Shown here piece after piece: positions 26,164 through 39,836 of a stretch of 64,000 nt of DNA. The stretch's first letter is position 1, and the number at the start of each line of letters is the position of its first letter. The stretch lies in contig NC_043012.1 in the NCBI RefSeq assembly GCF_006345805.1, positions 43,710,001 to 43,774,000 of the forward strand. Direction: 5' to 3'. The notes below the pieces were generated by a model. It worked only from the letters and a program-made list of their open reading frames with translations. It was not told the origin of the DNA and ran no database searches. The translations under genes and the position numbers were made by a program. Source of the stretch: Octopus sinensis. Lineage: Eukaryota.

Positions 26164-26918
26164 CTTTATTCCCCAAAGGTGGGTGGGATGTACAATATGA
26201 CCCGCCACCACCACTGTCAATATGATCCCCCGCCAACTCGGTAAGAGTTGTGATACTGAGTGTTTGCAACTTTCAGTTTTAATATATTTGGCACGTTAGG
26301 GAGCTTTGCTATGTTTATGCATGCGTTCTTTAAATTTTACTGGTCCGAGTGTCACATTTTAACCCTCTCAAATTTTACTTTCTGCGATGGAAATCGCATC
26401 CATGCCTATTGCTTTATGTGTGATTTCTTTTTAATGGATTCTAGAATATAGCGTAGTTGGGTACATTTGTTGAGGTCTGATAAAGTTCCATATGAGAGTA
26501 ATCAGTGTTCATTGCCTTTACCAGTTGCCGAAAACTTTTGCCTCCCGCAATAATTGTATTTTTATGGGAAAAATCATAAATATTAGACTGCAAATACCGT
26601 ATATAACCTTATAATAAATTATTCAAATACCATGCAACATTCCTAGGCTAATTTAAGAACTCACGTAGGCAAGGTAGCAAATTCACTGCCAAATTTTGGA
26701 ATTTTCCAAAGATATCCTAAAATTGCTGATATCAGCAGGATTTATGACGTCACAGCAAGCAATTCAAGACAAAACTAAAAGTACATGCATTGACCTACCA
26801 CCATATGAAATTTCAAGTTTATACCAAATTCCAGTCAAGCGTTAGTGGTGGTGGTGGTGGTAGGGTGGGGGAGACAGTATGACACCCTCCTGTAAGGAAT
26901 AGCTTGTAGATGATAAAG
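26164..26918. mobile_element. Possible non-autonomous piggyBac-type element
   Basis: TTAA-CTTTAT...ATAAAG-TTAA ends (TTAA at 26160-63 and 26919-22); subterminal (A/G)TATGAC(A)CC motifs near both ends; no ORF. Confidence 0.45.
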
Positions 26919-27584
26919 TTAAAATGCCTATAAAAGACGGAACAATGCAATAGATAAATGTAGTTATACATACCCAACAAAGGTGGTAGATGGGATGGTT
27001 ACAACTGAACTTCTCTTTATCACTCATTGGGAGTTGACATGCATTTACAACATAACGCTACAATGATAGACAGGGAGATGATAATATATGTAATATAGGG
27101 GAAAAGCAAGGGATATTGAGGGCAGAAGAGATGAATACATCGATCACCAGAAGCAGTGCCTCTTTTATTGAGTTTAGAAGGAAGAAAAGTTGACCTCGGT
27201 GGAATTCACTCTCAGATTTTTAATAATATGGATTATTTGCTTTTAATAATGACAATAAGCCACTGATTTCCTTTGAAGTGGAACGATAATTGCCACAAGA
27301 GACAAATAACTGTTCAAATTTATTATTTAACAACATTATTATATTAGAATGTTCGTTTATTTTTCTAAAAGTCAAGGCAAGTTAAATTTGGAGTTAATAA
27401 CAGTTTTCTTTAGCCTTTATTTTTTATTTCTATTAATTAATTATTTTTTGCATTTTTTCTCATTTGTAACTCTTTATTTATATTTCCGTGTTGTTCTTTG
27501 TCAATGGAATGCTAAAAATAACATAATACCGTGGATATAAAACAAAGAGAAACTGAAGATGATCTAGCTGTGCTTTGGACTCTA

Positions 27585-27714
27585 CTCGCCTGAAGACGCG
27601 AATGTATATAGCTATTGTTGGATTAAATAAATGCAATAGTGTGAGTAATATGTATAACACCCAGCAGTCCAGCAGTTACCAGCTGATACTGATATACCGA
27701 AACAATTGTAGTGG
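27585..27714 (+). ncRNA. Hammerhead ribozyme with ~100-nt loop II
   Basis: TCGC-CTGAAGA (27590)...GAAA-CAATTG-T-A-GTGG. Perfect palindrome ACAATTGT, GUA triplet, stem I with G.U pairs. Confidence 0.6.
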
Positions 27715-27751
27715 TTTTTGATAAAGCATCTTCTCGTATTAAAATCCATTG

Positions 27752-27851
<100 letters not shown>

Positions 27852-27857
27852 TATATA

Positions 27858-28019
27858 GGCGCAGGAGTGGCTGTGTGGTAAGTAGCTTGCTAACCAACCA
27901 CATGGTTCCGGATTCAGTCCCACTGCGTGGCATCTTGGGCAAGTGTCTTCCGCTATAGCCCCGGGCTGACCAATGCCTTGTGAGTGGATTTGGTAGACGG
28001 AAACTGAAAGAAGCCTGTC

Positions 28020-28083
<64 letters not shown>

Positions 28084-28320
28084 TATGTGTGTGTTTGTGT
28101 GTCTATGTTTGTCCCCCTAGCATTGCTTGACAACCAATGCTGGTGTGTTTACGTCCCCGTCACTTAGCGGTTCGGCAAAAGAGACTGATAGAATAAGTAC
28201 TGGGCTTACAAAGAATAAGTCCCGGGGTCGATTTGCTCGACTAAAGGCGGTGCTCCAGCATGGCCGCAGTCAAATGACTGAAACAAGTAAAAGAGTAAAA
28301 GAGTAAAAGAGTAAAAGAGT
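27858..28320 (+). mobile_element. Full-length tRNA-derived SINE family A with internal (TA)n and (AAAAGAGT)n tail
   Basis: Head GGCGCAGGAGTGGCTGTGTGGTAAG...GGATTCAGTCCC, body GTGAGTGGATTTGGTAGACGGAAACTGAAAGAAGCC, 3' CAGCATGGCCGCAGTCAAATGACTGAAAC; several homologs in the window. Confidence 0.9.
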
Positions 28321-28355
28321 ATATATACATATACATATATATATATATATATACA

Positions 28356-30030
28356 CCTATATTTCGCCGTATAAGACGACCTTTAAATTCTAAAATTTAC
28401 TCTAAGAATTTGGGGTCGTCTTATACCATTATTCTGAAAATCAAACTTTGAATTCTAAATGATTTTATAAGTAAGCTAACCTCGACCTCGGTGCGATAAC
28501 CACAGACATACGTGAATACATTAACAAAATAATAAAATAATTATAACATAGGTAAATAAAAACATATTTACTTTATATATTATTGGCATATCTTCATAAT
28601 AAATAGCCTGTTCGAGAGATAATGCTATATCATTGAAATCAACTTTTATCTATGGAAGGTTTGCTGAGAAAATGTAAGCATTGCGTTATGGCTACGCTCA
28701 CAGTAACCTTTGTCTTTCGCTAACCTTTCAAAAGTTTTAATGGTGATGTATAACTGTACTAAAAACATTTAGAACGGAGATTTTCAAACTTTTTGGGCCA
28801 CCACCCCCTCATGATCTTATATTAATCTCAGTGCCCCCACCCCTATTTTTATGTATAAATAAATATTTTATATTTTACTAATTTATATATACTATGAGTC
28901 ATTTGATATTTAATATATTATATCATTTGTATGCAATACTATAATAATATTATAAACTCATAGCACCCCCCGATCCACTACCTTCCGCCCAATGTCTCCT
29001 TTTTTCTATCCCCCTCCCCGCACCGCCTCTTAGACCCAGCGCCCACATGGATCCTCTCAACTCCCACCAGGGGGCGGTAGCGCCCACTGTGAAAACCTAT
29101 GATTTAGAATAACATATTTTTATTTTTCATAAAATATCTATTATCATTTGGTGGTAAATAACACAATTTGGATTATACACAACCTTTAGTTTTCAAGAAA
29201 ATTCTTTTACAATAGTTGCAATTAAAACATACATCATAATTTGTTTTCCCTATCAAGATAAATAATATTAAAACATCAAACCTGCCACATGTATTTATCT
29301 AAAACCCATCAAATTCCTCACAGTCATCACTATCTGTTTTTAAAAGTTTGTCATACATATCACAAGATTCATCACGTATGCCATCATCGTAAGGATTCCA
29401 ATCTTGTTCTGGTGAATCGATTTCGACTATGTCGTCGCTATTGTACAGAATATTAGCTTTGGTACCATCCATGGCAACTGAGATACTGCATTTTTTAAAT
29501 GATTTTATTTTCTACTTTAATTTTGTCTTATGCCTTTATAACAAAATCACAGAGAACTTCAAGTGAGGCAGCATGCATAGCTCCACCATTTGTAAGAGAT
29601 TTTTCTCCATTCACCATCCAGTCATTCCATTACTCTCTCACATTATCTTTAAATAACTAACATCAAGTGGCTGCAATATAGAAGTCAAACCATCAAGAAT
29701 AACTGCAATATCAGTATTAGTTTTGGATAACTGGGTTTTAGTATTTGTCGTTACGTGGCTAAGAAACATATCCCAAATCAATAAGCTGTCACTTGGCCAT
29801 CTGTTGCTTTAAAATCTTTACTTTCTTCTTTATATAATTTAGCCCATTTTAGGGCATAAGATCTTATTTTATTTCGTGTTACAATATAGCCATCTTGTCT
29901 CTGCTGGAGGACCCATTCTGCTACATCCTTTTCCAACTTCAGCCAACGAGTGCTTCCTCTTCTCATTGCACATTTTTGTTTGTGCGCTTGTCTTAATTTT
30001 TCCTCATTCTTTTTCCACTCTCGTACCATA
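28356..30030 (-). mobile_element. pogo/Tigger-family DNA transposon, internally deleted
   Basis: CENP-B-type HTH VREWKKNEEKL...LEKDVAEWVLQQRQDGYIVTRNKIR; DDE_1 piece IWDMFLSH...DGLTSILQPLDVS; pogo-like end CCTATATTTCGCCGTATAAGACG with inverted CGTCTTATAC. Confidence 0.85.
28775..29101. mobile_element. hAT (Charlie-like) MITE nested in the pogo element
   Basis: 8-bp direct repeat ATTTAGAA at 28767-74 and 29102-09; imperfect ~16-bp TIRs CGGAGATTTTCAAACT / CATAGGTTTTCACAGT (reverse complement). Confidence 0.7.
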
Positions 30031-30394
30031 TCTTTGATAAAGAAGAAGAATTAGGTTCCTTTTTCGGCGATGCATGTATGAAAAACATATAGAAATGGAT
30101 TTATTATTTCGTTTATTTTAATTTCCAAGGATATAGCAAGTAAAAAAAAAAAAACATTTGTAATAAAATCATCTTTACATGACTAATATTTCTAAAGATA
30201 CCTGTTGTTGCAAAAGCAAACCTGTGCAGAAATGTAAAATCATGAAATTTTTTACAAACTTTGAACTGGGTCTAGGGATCCGTATTAGGGTTTCGTTATA
30301 GTAAGAATGTATTATATTAGAGGAAAAATAATAAAAAAAGGCAGAATGAGTGTTTCAAGTCATTTAGAATAATTTAATTAGGGTAAGGTGAATT

Positions 30395-31307
30395 GTGTGC
30401 ACCAAGCCTTTTCCGTTTCAAGGAAATATTTGCCCGAAACTCATTTCATTTTCTCTGTTTTTCCCCCCGTTGTGATGGTAAGCGGTAGGATTTTTGTTCC
30501 ATTAAGACGAATTGCTAAAATATAAATAACTTGCACTTTCGTAACCCGCTGAAGCGACGTAGATTGACGAGGCACCTGTCTGTTCAATTGTCGTTTTCGA
30601 TCCTTGGCCCATAAATACTACAGTCTCATCCATAGCAATTATATTGGCGAGATTGTATTTAAAAAAGTCGATGCCATCAACGAAGGACTTGAATGCAAGT
30701 GCACGTTGAATCACTTCAGCATCCTCCAGCTTGAACAGTGTTGTCGATCTTCTTAGAGAGAGAGCTCATATCGCCAAAGGAAGTTACCTAACCAATGAGA
30801 TGATGTTTTGAATATCTCTGGGGGTATATCCAACTGAGGTGCCATTGCAAGAGAAAATTCTTGAATATCAGCCCTGCGTACCACTAAAGCTGTCAGCAAT
30901 CCATCCCGAGGTGATATCTTCCAGCTCCGAAAATAACGGTTGTCGACCTGATCCGCACTTGCGCTTCTTAGCACTTCCCTTATCCACCAGTCTGCTGAAA
31001 TTATCGTACTCTGCTCACCATTTTCGAACCATTCGGAGACCCAACATCATCTTCTTACAGAAAACCGGAAGATTCTTGTTATGTGACTCTTTCACAATTC
31101 CTTTCTTGTACTCGACGGAATAACTCTTTCTTTTTGCACTCATCTTGCCTGGGGTGAGGTAGGGGGACAAGGGAGTCAACTCTGTGCATACGCGCTTAGC
31201 GCAGACTTTGGTCAAGCTGCGGTAGTTGGTTTATTTTGCAAACATCCCATGGTCTTGATAACATGATGATGCATTTTTGACCAGGTCTTATTTTCGGTGA
31301 AAAATGG
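30395..31307 (-). mobile_element. Second pogo-family transposon, 5' part
   Basis: MSAKRKSYSVEYKKGIV...; FKTSSHWLGNFLWRYELSL; NIIAMDETVVF (first catalytic D); TIR TA-CCATTTTTCACCGAAAATAAGACC. Confidence 0.88.
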
Positions 31308-31315
31308 TATATATA

Positions 31316-31357
<42 letters not shown>

Positions 31358-31579
31358 GTGTGCGTATGTGTGTGTGTTCGCGCGCGCGTGTGTAAACAGT
31401 TAACAGATAAGATGGAGAGAATGTATGCATAGAAAACATTTTGTAGTGCTCAAAACATTTGAGCTTACACTCCGGACCAAGTGAGCAGATATAGAGACAA
31501 TAATCCATATAAAGAGTAAAATTCTTGGTTTTGAGGTACAGAATATATAGTATTCTTTTTTATTTTATTTTATTTTATT

Positions 31580-31939
31580 AATTTCAGTTATTTGACTGCG
31601 GCCATGCTGGGGCACCGACTTTAGTCGAACAAATCGACCCCGGGACTTATTCTTTGTAAGCGTAGTAATTATTCCATCGGTCACTTTTGCCGAACTGCTA
31701 TGTTACAAGGACGTAAGCACAACAACATCGGTTGTCAAGCGGTGGTGGGGGACAAACACAGACACACAAATATATATATAAAAATATACGACCGGCTTCT
31801 TTCAGTTTCCGCCTACGAAATCCACTCACAAGGCTATAGTAGAAGAGAAGGCACTTGCCCAAAATGCCACGCAGTGAGACTGAACCCAGAGCTATGTGGT
31901 TGGTAAGCAAACTACTTACCACACATCCACTCCTGCGCC
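31580..31939 (-). mobile_element. SINE family A, near full length
   Basis: Reverse-complement homolog of 27858-28320 from head to tail. Confidence 0.88.
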
Positions 31940-32049
31940 TATGTAATCATGCAAATAAAGAAGACTGAAAATTTTCAGATGATTAACTTTCAAGTATAAA
32001 TATATATATTTGTATATCAATAAAGCAAACTTACATTACATAGACTCAA

Positions 32050-34250
32050 AGAATTAGAGGAGAGAAGGTATGATGTTACAAGTCCGACATCTTTTTCTGC
32101 GTCTCGGAGTTACTGCATAATGTTGGGAGATATAATTCAACAAAAATGTGCAACCAGTATTGGGAGCAAACAAAAGAAAACCGGCCTCCTTCTTCAGGAT
32201 GGAGAGATAAGAATCTAACATATCAGATAATGCAGGGAAATTGAAAGGTGGAATGGGTGTAGTGGAAAGCAAAGAAGTAGTAGTGACGAGAGGAGGTAGG
32301 TGGCTCAGCGAGAGTGAGGGGAGTATTGAAGCAAAGAAAGGAAGAAGAGATATGAGGGTCAGATCAATAAGATGGCGGAGGGGTAAATGAACAGTGTATT
32401 GAGAGAATTTGTTGAAGTGAAGAGTTGAGAGGTAAATAGGAAGAGTAATATAGGTGGTATTTGAAGGATGGTCAATGTTTAGGATGGTGAGGTTATAGAA
32501 TTAAGGAAAACAGAGATAGTGAAGACAGAGAGGAGCAACTAAAAAGGGATGGTAAAATATTCTAGCAGGGTGGGGAAGGGGCAATTTCAAGAATGAAGGT
32601 GGGTTGGCAGCGGTAAGAGAATGCTGAGATATGTAGAAGTATGTGAGAGTAAATAGAAGTGGACGGAGAGAGAGAGAGAGAGAGAAGAATGGATATATAG
32701 GCAGCAGTTGTAGTAGTAGTTGGTGCTAAGTAGTTTTGGTTGCAGAGGCAAGGAGAAGATAGGGAAAGAAATTCAAAGGATGAGGTGGTTGTAAGGGGGA
32801 TGTGCTGGGTAGGAGGAATTTGCAAAGGTAATATTAAGAAGGAACATTTAGTAAAAAGGTTTATGTTACTATTGGGAGTAACTTAAGATTAATTACTATT
32901 AAAGTTAATCACAATTAAGAAATTACATCGATTTTAAAACATAAGCAAACGATGAGTTTGATTGAAAGGATTACATCTGGGAATCCATTAAGTAATGAAG
33001 AGTTGCGGTTGTGTAGGATGGTGAGCGATTCCCTTAAACACAGTTTACAAACGCCGAGTTTAGTGATCAAGGGACCAGGATAGGGTATAGAGAATGTTTT
33101 GAGATTTAAGGTTGTGTATATAAGTTGCTAAAGAGGTAGATAATTTAGAATTTGGATTGGAGAAAGAGTTCATGTCCAATAAACACCCTTCTCATCAAGC
33201 AAGCTTGGTAGGGTTGCCGGTTTAGTCGCCAACGACCCGAACATGCAACAGGTTGTACTGGGCGCTTGAAATCACCTGGGAGCATGGTGTTACTACTCGG
33301 CATTTGTAGACAACAATTTTGCATAAACAGAAACACCCAAGATGGCAGAGTTGGGACATCCGACAGTTGCAGGTATTCCTGTTTGCACTGGGGTTGGAAC
33401 TGAAAGTTGGGAAGGTTAGCTCCGCATGGTCCCTTACCAGGAATACCAGGATGGAAGAGCGAGTGGTAATATCAATACCAGAGTTGGAAGGGACTATGAC
33501 CACTGCTATATGTGGTCATATAGGTAGTTTTATGGGGAGTCGCATTAAGGCTGATATTATTGAGTCGAGCGGGGTTTTAAGTGTTGTATTATTGCGACTT
33601 GGTATGTGGGAGTTTAGTAGGATGAATTGTAGGGCCTAAGGACAGACGGTGAAGTCTGTGTCTATTAAAGGAGGCAATTATGGAACCAAAATTAGACATG
33701 GTGGAATACGAGATTTTAATAGATGATTTATTGAAGACAGGGTGATATTTATGTTGTGGTAGGAAACTAGGGTTTAGGTAGAGGTTTAATTTGGAGGGAG
33801 AAAGGTGATACGCTTCCTACCCTTGGAGGGCTTAGAGCATGTGGATAGAGTGGGAAACTTGAAGTTATTATAGTCTCGAAGTGGCGATGTGTAGGGTTAT
33901 TGTTTGAAGATTGATGGAGTGTGGATGAGAGGAAGACGGTCTGATGGATTGAGGATTTGTAGTAGAAAAGCGAAGTGCAATCTTACCTTTAAGTTTAATG
34001 TTAGGGATATAAGAAACCACTAATCTGGAGAGTTTGGTTAGAATACGTGGCGTGATTGTTAAAGCTGTCATCAGCTGATGAGCTGGGGATGCTTATAGAA
34101 ATACTGGTGACTATGCTATTAATGGTAATTGTAGGGTGACTGGATAGGTCGTTGATATATTGTAGTGCTTGATGAAGTTTATCAAAAGGGCAATATAAGG
34201 TTTTATTTAAGTCGAGAGTGACATCTAGGAAAATGGTAACTTTAGTAAGT
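32050..34250 (-). mobile_element. Penelope-like element, Naiad-like, 5'-truncated (RT thumb, GIY-YIG endonuclease, 3' UTR)
   Basis: VTIFLDVTLDLNKTLYCPFDK..LQYINDLSSHP..(RT C-terminus); CNCRMSQLC (CxCx5C)...CLCKIVVYKCRV; CKLCLRESLTI...LLN. Decayed hammerhead-like CTGAAGA-A-GGAG...CTCC-GAGAC at ~32090-32202. Confidence 0.85.
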
Positions 34251-34478
34251 ATACACACGAAAGTAAATTATACATATACTAATATAAAAATATTTCATTA
34301 TTGTATAAAAACGTGTTTTTGATGAATTTCATTGTAAAAAGTGGTTGGAACATGGAACGTGTGTTTTTATTTTTTTAAATTTCATTAGTGAACTTTTTGT
34401 ATATTCTATCATCGACTTGTACTGAGAAAAGTTCCTCGACTACGAAGCTGCTGATGAGAATTTGAGGTAAACTTTTAT

Positions 34479-34483
34479 CTGTG

Positions 34484-34554
<71 letters not shown>

Positions 34555-34590
34555 TGTGTGTGTGTGTGTGTGCGTGCGTATGTATGTGTT
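34479..34590. repeat. (TG)n microsatellite
   Basis: Seen directly. Confidence 0.95.
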
Positions 34591-37499
34591 TGTGTACATG
34601 TGTGTGTTTGGTAGGCTTCTACACAGTCCTTTGCTAAATTACTCTCAAAAGCAATTAGTGAATATGAGACTGCGATAGAATATTTCTGCCTAACGTTACA
34701 CATTGGGACAGAAGCAGGTACTATAAGCTTTCCAATCAATTTTCTTAAGCCTACAGTCATGTCAGCGCTTATTAAATATAACTTTACTAAAGTGCGTTAT
34801 CAATGTTCAACCATATCATTAACGACTTCAGTCATTTAATTCGAATCAACCAATCAATAATTTATTAAGGTAGTTACTATAGAAACAACGGCAATAGCAA
34901 AAATAGCAGCAATAGTAGAACGGCAGAAGCAATAAAATGTTTATCGTTCTCGATATGATTGAACAAACACCAAAGCCGGTTCTTTAAGTTCCACATTCCA
35001 GCATGGATACTGTTTTATTTAAGTCCTAGTACGTCCTAAATGCTAATCTATAAAATGACAAGTGTTAAAGTTCGCTTTCAGAATCACCAGAAGTATTCAC
35101 AAACCCGGCGTTTAACTGAATAGTCAAATACTGCATAGCATAGAGCAGATGATACGCTATGACAGATAATTTTGCTAACATGCTGCCGTTGTTCAGCTTG
35201 ATAGACTGAGACTAAGATTAAATGTTCCGCTCGAATTATTCAATTGGTATACGAAGCCACGGTATAAGAGCCGGTAGTACCATACAGTTTCAACTTGGGT
35301 CTCTCCACTTTCGATTTTGACTATTTTACGTTTAACCTGCAGTGAATGGTTGCCAGATTTGAGAAGCAAATTTAATAGTAAGTTAATATGAAAATCAGCG
35401 AAATTCATCAATAGGCCTCATCAGCACAGCTATTGCCCTATCTTATCTCCAGTGGGCAAGAGGCATATACAACAAAATAAGTAGAACAAATTTGTGACTT
35501 AGGTAATAGACATATTTTCAACAATAATTAGTTTAGAAAGGAACTCAACACGGCCAGTAGCACGTATAGATAAAAACAGATATATTGAATATCATACAAT
35601 TTGGAGAATATTTAATTCTTTAGATTGCCTCCCCTTCTCATGTGGAATTGGTCTCAATTTCCATTTGGTAATTGTAACATTTACACGCAGAGACAATTTT
35701 AATTAATTAAAAATTTGTCACATGCTGTTTAATATATTTGTCAATGTTGTTTATATACCCTAAATTATTTCTTTTAGCTCACTTTTTATTTAATATGTAC
35801 GTATATGTGTATATGTGTGTGTGCGTTTACAGATATGCATATACGTTTTTATATTTACGTATTTTTATACATTTATAGTTCTTATATCTGTAGGGAAAAA
35901 GCATCATTCTTATGCATTTATCAGCCTGTAAAAGTAACAGCGTAAAGCTACATTTATATAACGATGAATAATTGCGTGACTAACAGATTAGAATACCCCA
36001 GTAAATATTTTATTGTAAGATAATCTTTCCAATTTAAAACTTTCTAAAACACCCAGTTTAAAATTTCTTCGAATAAAGTTTTTTAATGCTTACACGATTT
36101 TCAACACGTATCTGACCTATGCTGTGTGACAAATCGAATCGTAGTACCTATAAACATATTTATGAACCCTAAAAAGGCGCAAAACCAACCTTATATCCAA
36201 CATAATTTGTGACCTGAATATGTCACATCCGTTTAATCCTTTATTTTCACGCCTGGCTGAACCTTAAACAATAACAAACTACAATATGATACCTATACAT
36301 ACATGCACACAACTATATACATACATGCATATGAATGCATATATATGAGTGGACGCATAGACATGTGCAAAAAATGAGTCCATCAAATACTAGGTCTTTT
36401 CGTTCTACCTATGTTCAGTGAATACCACAGTTGAAACACGAATAAACAAAGAAAATACTTTCATATAAAAGCACAAACCAAGACTTAACAAAGTTGAACA
36501 GAGTACATACACAAATGACTATTGACACACAAAACTCATTCTGCCACTTATCATGAGGAACCTACACAGCTGACATCCCAAACTTTAGCCATTGCACTAC
36601 ATACAAACGACTCCTGTCCACTCTCCCACCAAACAGATTGAATTTGAAGTGCCTTGATTATAACTAAGCATGTTCACTCAACCGTGTCGCCTTTCTTTTT
36701 AGGCGTAAAATATACTGTCACGTGACACTAACGCACGAACATAGCGTCTTTCTGTTTCAACTTTTTGAAAATCAGTGTAAACTGTGAAACCGGTTAAAGC
36801 TTTAAATACGTTAAAAAATATTTTAATTATTCTCAGTGCTTTTTCAACTTCTATTTTTCCTATATATCTATATTTCCTATATATATATATAGCTCTTATA
36901 ACGGGAACATGAAACTCTGAGAACAAATAATACATGGATAACAAGCGATACAGAAGTGGACATACGAAAATGAATAAATGTAATTTAAGACGAGACCGTT
37001 AGTGAGCGGTCTAGGGACAGAAACGAAATAAATAAGCAAACAGAATGTAGCCTTAGTGTTGGATGAAGACGAAGTATGGAAAACGGTAATAGGGAAATAT
37101 TAAAGGATTGGAAACAGGAGGTCAACAGACAGCAAAACATGTTGAAGTGGATACTAGAGAAATTACTAGAGAAACACGTGTCAGTAGCAGGCAGAAGGCA
37201 GAGTAGAAATGGAGTGAGAGAGAGAGAGAAAAGAGAGAAAGGAGGAGACAGAGATAGGATAAAGGAGAAGGAAGAAAGGCTATGAATATAAGTCGTACGA
37301 ATATATAGGCAACTTACCGTAAATAAAACCTAGGGTACGTTACGATCTGTCAATTAATAAGTTAAAAAGGCATATAGTAAATGTACAAACGAAAAAATAC
37401 CTAGAATGGCAAGTTAAAAAACGTATACTAAATGCAGAGACGAACGAAAAACAGACACAACTTCTCATTAGTTATCAGCCAGTATGTCAAACGCAATTT

Positions 37500-37563
37500 C
37501 GTGCCTTTAACCATAATATTACTTCCCGTCTGGTGGCACCGGCAGGAGCTGCCGGGAATATGG
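37500..37563 (+). ncRNA. Candidate decayed HDV-like ribozyme
   Basis: P1 GTGCC/GGCAC, P2 ATATT/AATAT (+CC/GG), P3 ACT/GGT, L3 TCCCGTCT, P1.1 CC/GG, P4 CAG-gag-CTG, all in HDV order; J4/2 is non-canonical. Confidence 0.35.
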
Positions 37564-39705
37564 GACCGAGAACATACATAAACGTATGTATGTTTATGTA
37601 TGTATGTGTGTGTGTATTTATGTATGTATCTACGTATGTGTATGTATGTATGTACGTATGTATGTATGGTGTGAATGTCATTATTCAGTTTTATTTAAGA
37701 TTTCTTGCCAATAGAGAAAGAGCCGGTTTCTAACCTAGATCCAATACTTCTTCATTGGAATTTCATCAACGTCAACATGGTATTTTTGTATGTATGTATA
37801 TGTGCAGTATTTGGAGTCAGTGCATATGTAGATTTGTATGTTTTGTTTTATGCATGTATTCTCATGCATATAGTTGCATGAGAATACAGATTTTTACAGT
37901 TCCAGTGATGGATTGGCTCAATAGTCTTCGAATCATTTTTCACCTTTCTGGTTTTGAAAAGTCTAACTTCGCAAGATTAGTATCTAGGCAATGTGTTACA
38001 TATCCCAGTGTCCCAATAATTACAGATATAAATCTGGACTCATAGTTCAGCGTAGGTATTTTCTCTTTCGGTACTCTTTCGGCAGCTGATTTCCACAATT
38101 ATACACAGTTTCTCTTCTCTATCCCAAATCACTACGTCACGTTTGTTATGTTTACATTTTATTGAAGTTTTCACTAAGACATTCCACCAGTAGTGCTTCT
38201 TATTAGGAGTGGCTATAGTGTTTACCATACTGTAGGTTCTTATTTCTTTGGCCTCTGGGTTATCCTTCCGACGGATCTCATTAAACAGTGTCTTAGCTAC
38301 ATTATGTCTCTGCTATAGATAATGCTGTGATGACATTTTAGGAGAATTGCTTATAATGTGGGTGATATTCCCTGTTCCTGGATTGCAAACGCATGCCCTT
38401 CAGGCTAAGAGTTTGTAGTCCGGCTATTGGTCCATGATAGACTGCTTTGATGATCAATGTTATTATCCCGGAGCTTTCCGCTACAATCTATGTATGGCTT
38501 TCTACTAGCTCATCCTTTCATCCTTTCATCCGATGACGTGTTGCGCTAGATATACTGCATGTGTTTAAGGTTATCAGACTAGGAATGCAGTTCAAAGAGC
38601 TGCTTTCCAAGTCTCATGATGTTAGTTTCATCATGTATGCAAACTTGGTCAAGGGATGCACTTCGACACTTGGTGGTCTAAAGATGTTGCCGAAGGGATA
38701 CGATACGACATTCAAAAGCAGTCTGCCTGCTTTGTTTTTGTTTTAGGTAGAGGCGGTCTACATCGTTGTTGACGTGGAAATTATGTGTGCTGATTACTCT
38801 CTTCCGGGTTTTCACATCAAGACTCGGATCTCATCAAGCGTCCATTCAAGTAACACAAATGTTGGTATGAGTACTGGTACTGCAAACACATTGTCGGCCA
38901 CTGTTTTATTGATTGCAGAGAGTTCCAAGGTCCATATTTTCTTTGTTCGGCAGTAATATTCTTTAGTGATATGTGTCTTGTTACAGGTGCCATCATAAGA
39001 TATGTTTTCGTCTACCCTTAGACACCTATAACATTCTTCATCGGATACAGGGAAAAACAATTAAATCATTGATGGAGATGTTGCTAGTCTGGTTTACCGA
39101 TTTCCCTCTTTTCAAAACCATATAGCAACGTTCATCTCGACCAAACTCCATGTTTTAATAAGGTCAAGGGTCCTTTTCATCTCATTCATATTATTGGCAT
39201 ATAGTTTCAAGTCATCCACGACGGGACAGTGAGTAATTTTTTTTCTATTTCTTTGTGAATCAATGAGATATCCTTAAGACTTCCTTAACATGAATGACAA
39301 GGGGGTTACAGAAAGTATAATCAGCATCACAGAGATGTTGTCCCCTTGGAATATACCTCTGCGATATTGTATTATATCAGTGATAATACTATCATTCCTT
39401 GCATTTAACTTCAAGATAGTGCCCTACGTTGAAGTCAGGTCAGTTATGGCTTTGGTCATACTCACTAGACATTTTGCAAGTCTAAGGACTTTTAGCATCC
39501 ATGAGTAGGGAATAGAATCAAAGGTTTTCATGTAGTCCAATCACATTCAAAATGAGGTTCCTCCTAAGTACCCGCACCTCTGACTTTACAGTTTTATTTA
39601 TTAACAATTGCTCGGCATATCCCCAGACTTCCTTCTTCTCAGCTGCTTGTTCTGCTGTGATGATGTTATTACTGTCACTCTATTCTTGGAAGAATGTTGT
39701 ACATA

Positions 39706-39836
39706 TGTTCGATATCTCAGAGATGAAGAATTCTGTACATTACCTATATTATTTACATTGGACGGATGTGTCCTCATCTTGTTTGTTGTTACCACAACGT
39801 TTCGGCTGATTTACTTTCCAGCCTTCCTCAGGTGTT
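39706..39836 (-). mobile_element. Hammerhead-plus-tail copy of the 21-22 kb element inserted in the LINE RT
   Basis: Minus strand AACAC-CTGAGGA-A-GGCTG gaaagtaaat CAGCC-GAAA-CGT-T-GTG, then AACAACAAACAAGATGAGGACA..TGTAAATAAT..AATTCTTCATCTC, homologous to 21975-22105. Confidence 0.85.

Noticed and set aside
33030-33380. Selenocysteine-encoding Naiad (UGA at conserved Cys)
   Set aside because: The CxCx5C and CxxC cysteines use TGC/TGT here; other stops look like decay and I could not identify a SECIS
35193-35460. Possible host exon (72-aa ORF) and a CTGATGAGGCC core
   Set aside because: No recognisable domain, no convincing splice pair, and no GAAA partner for the core
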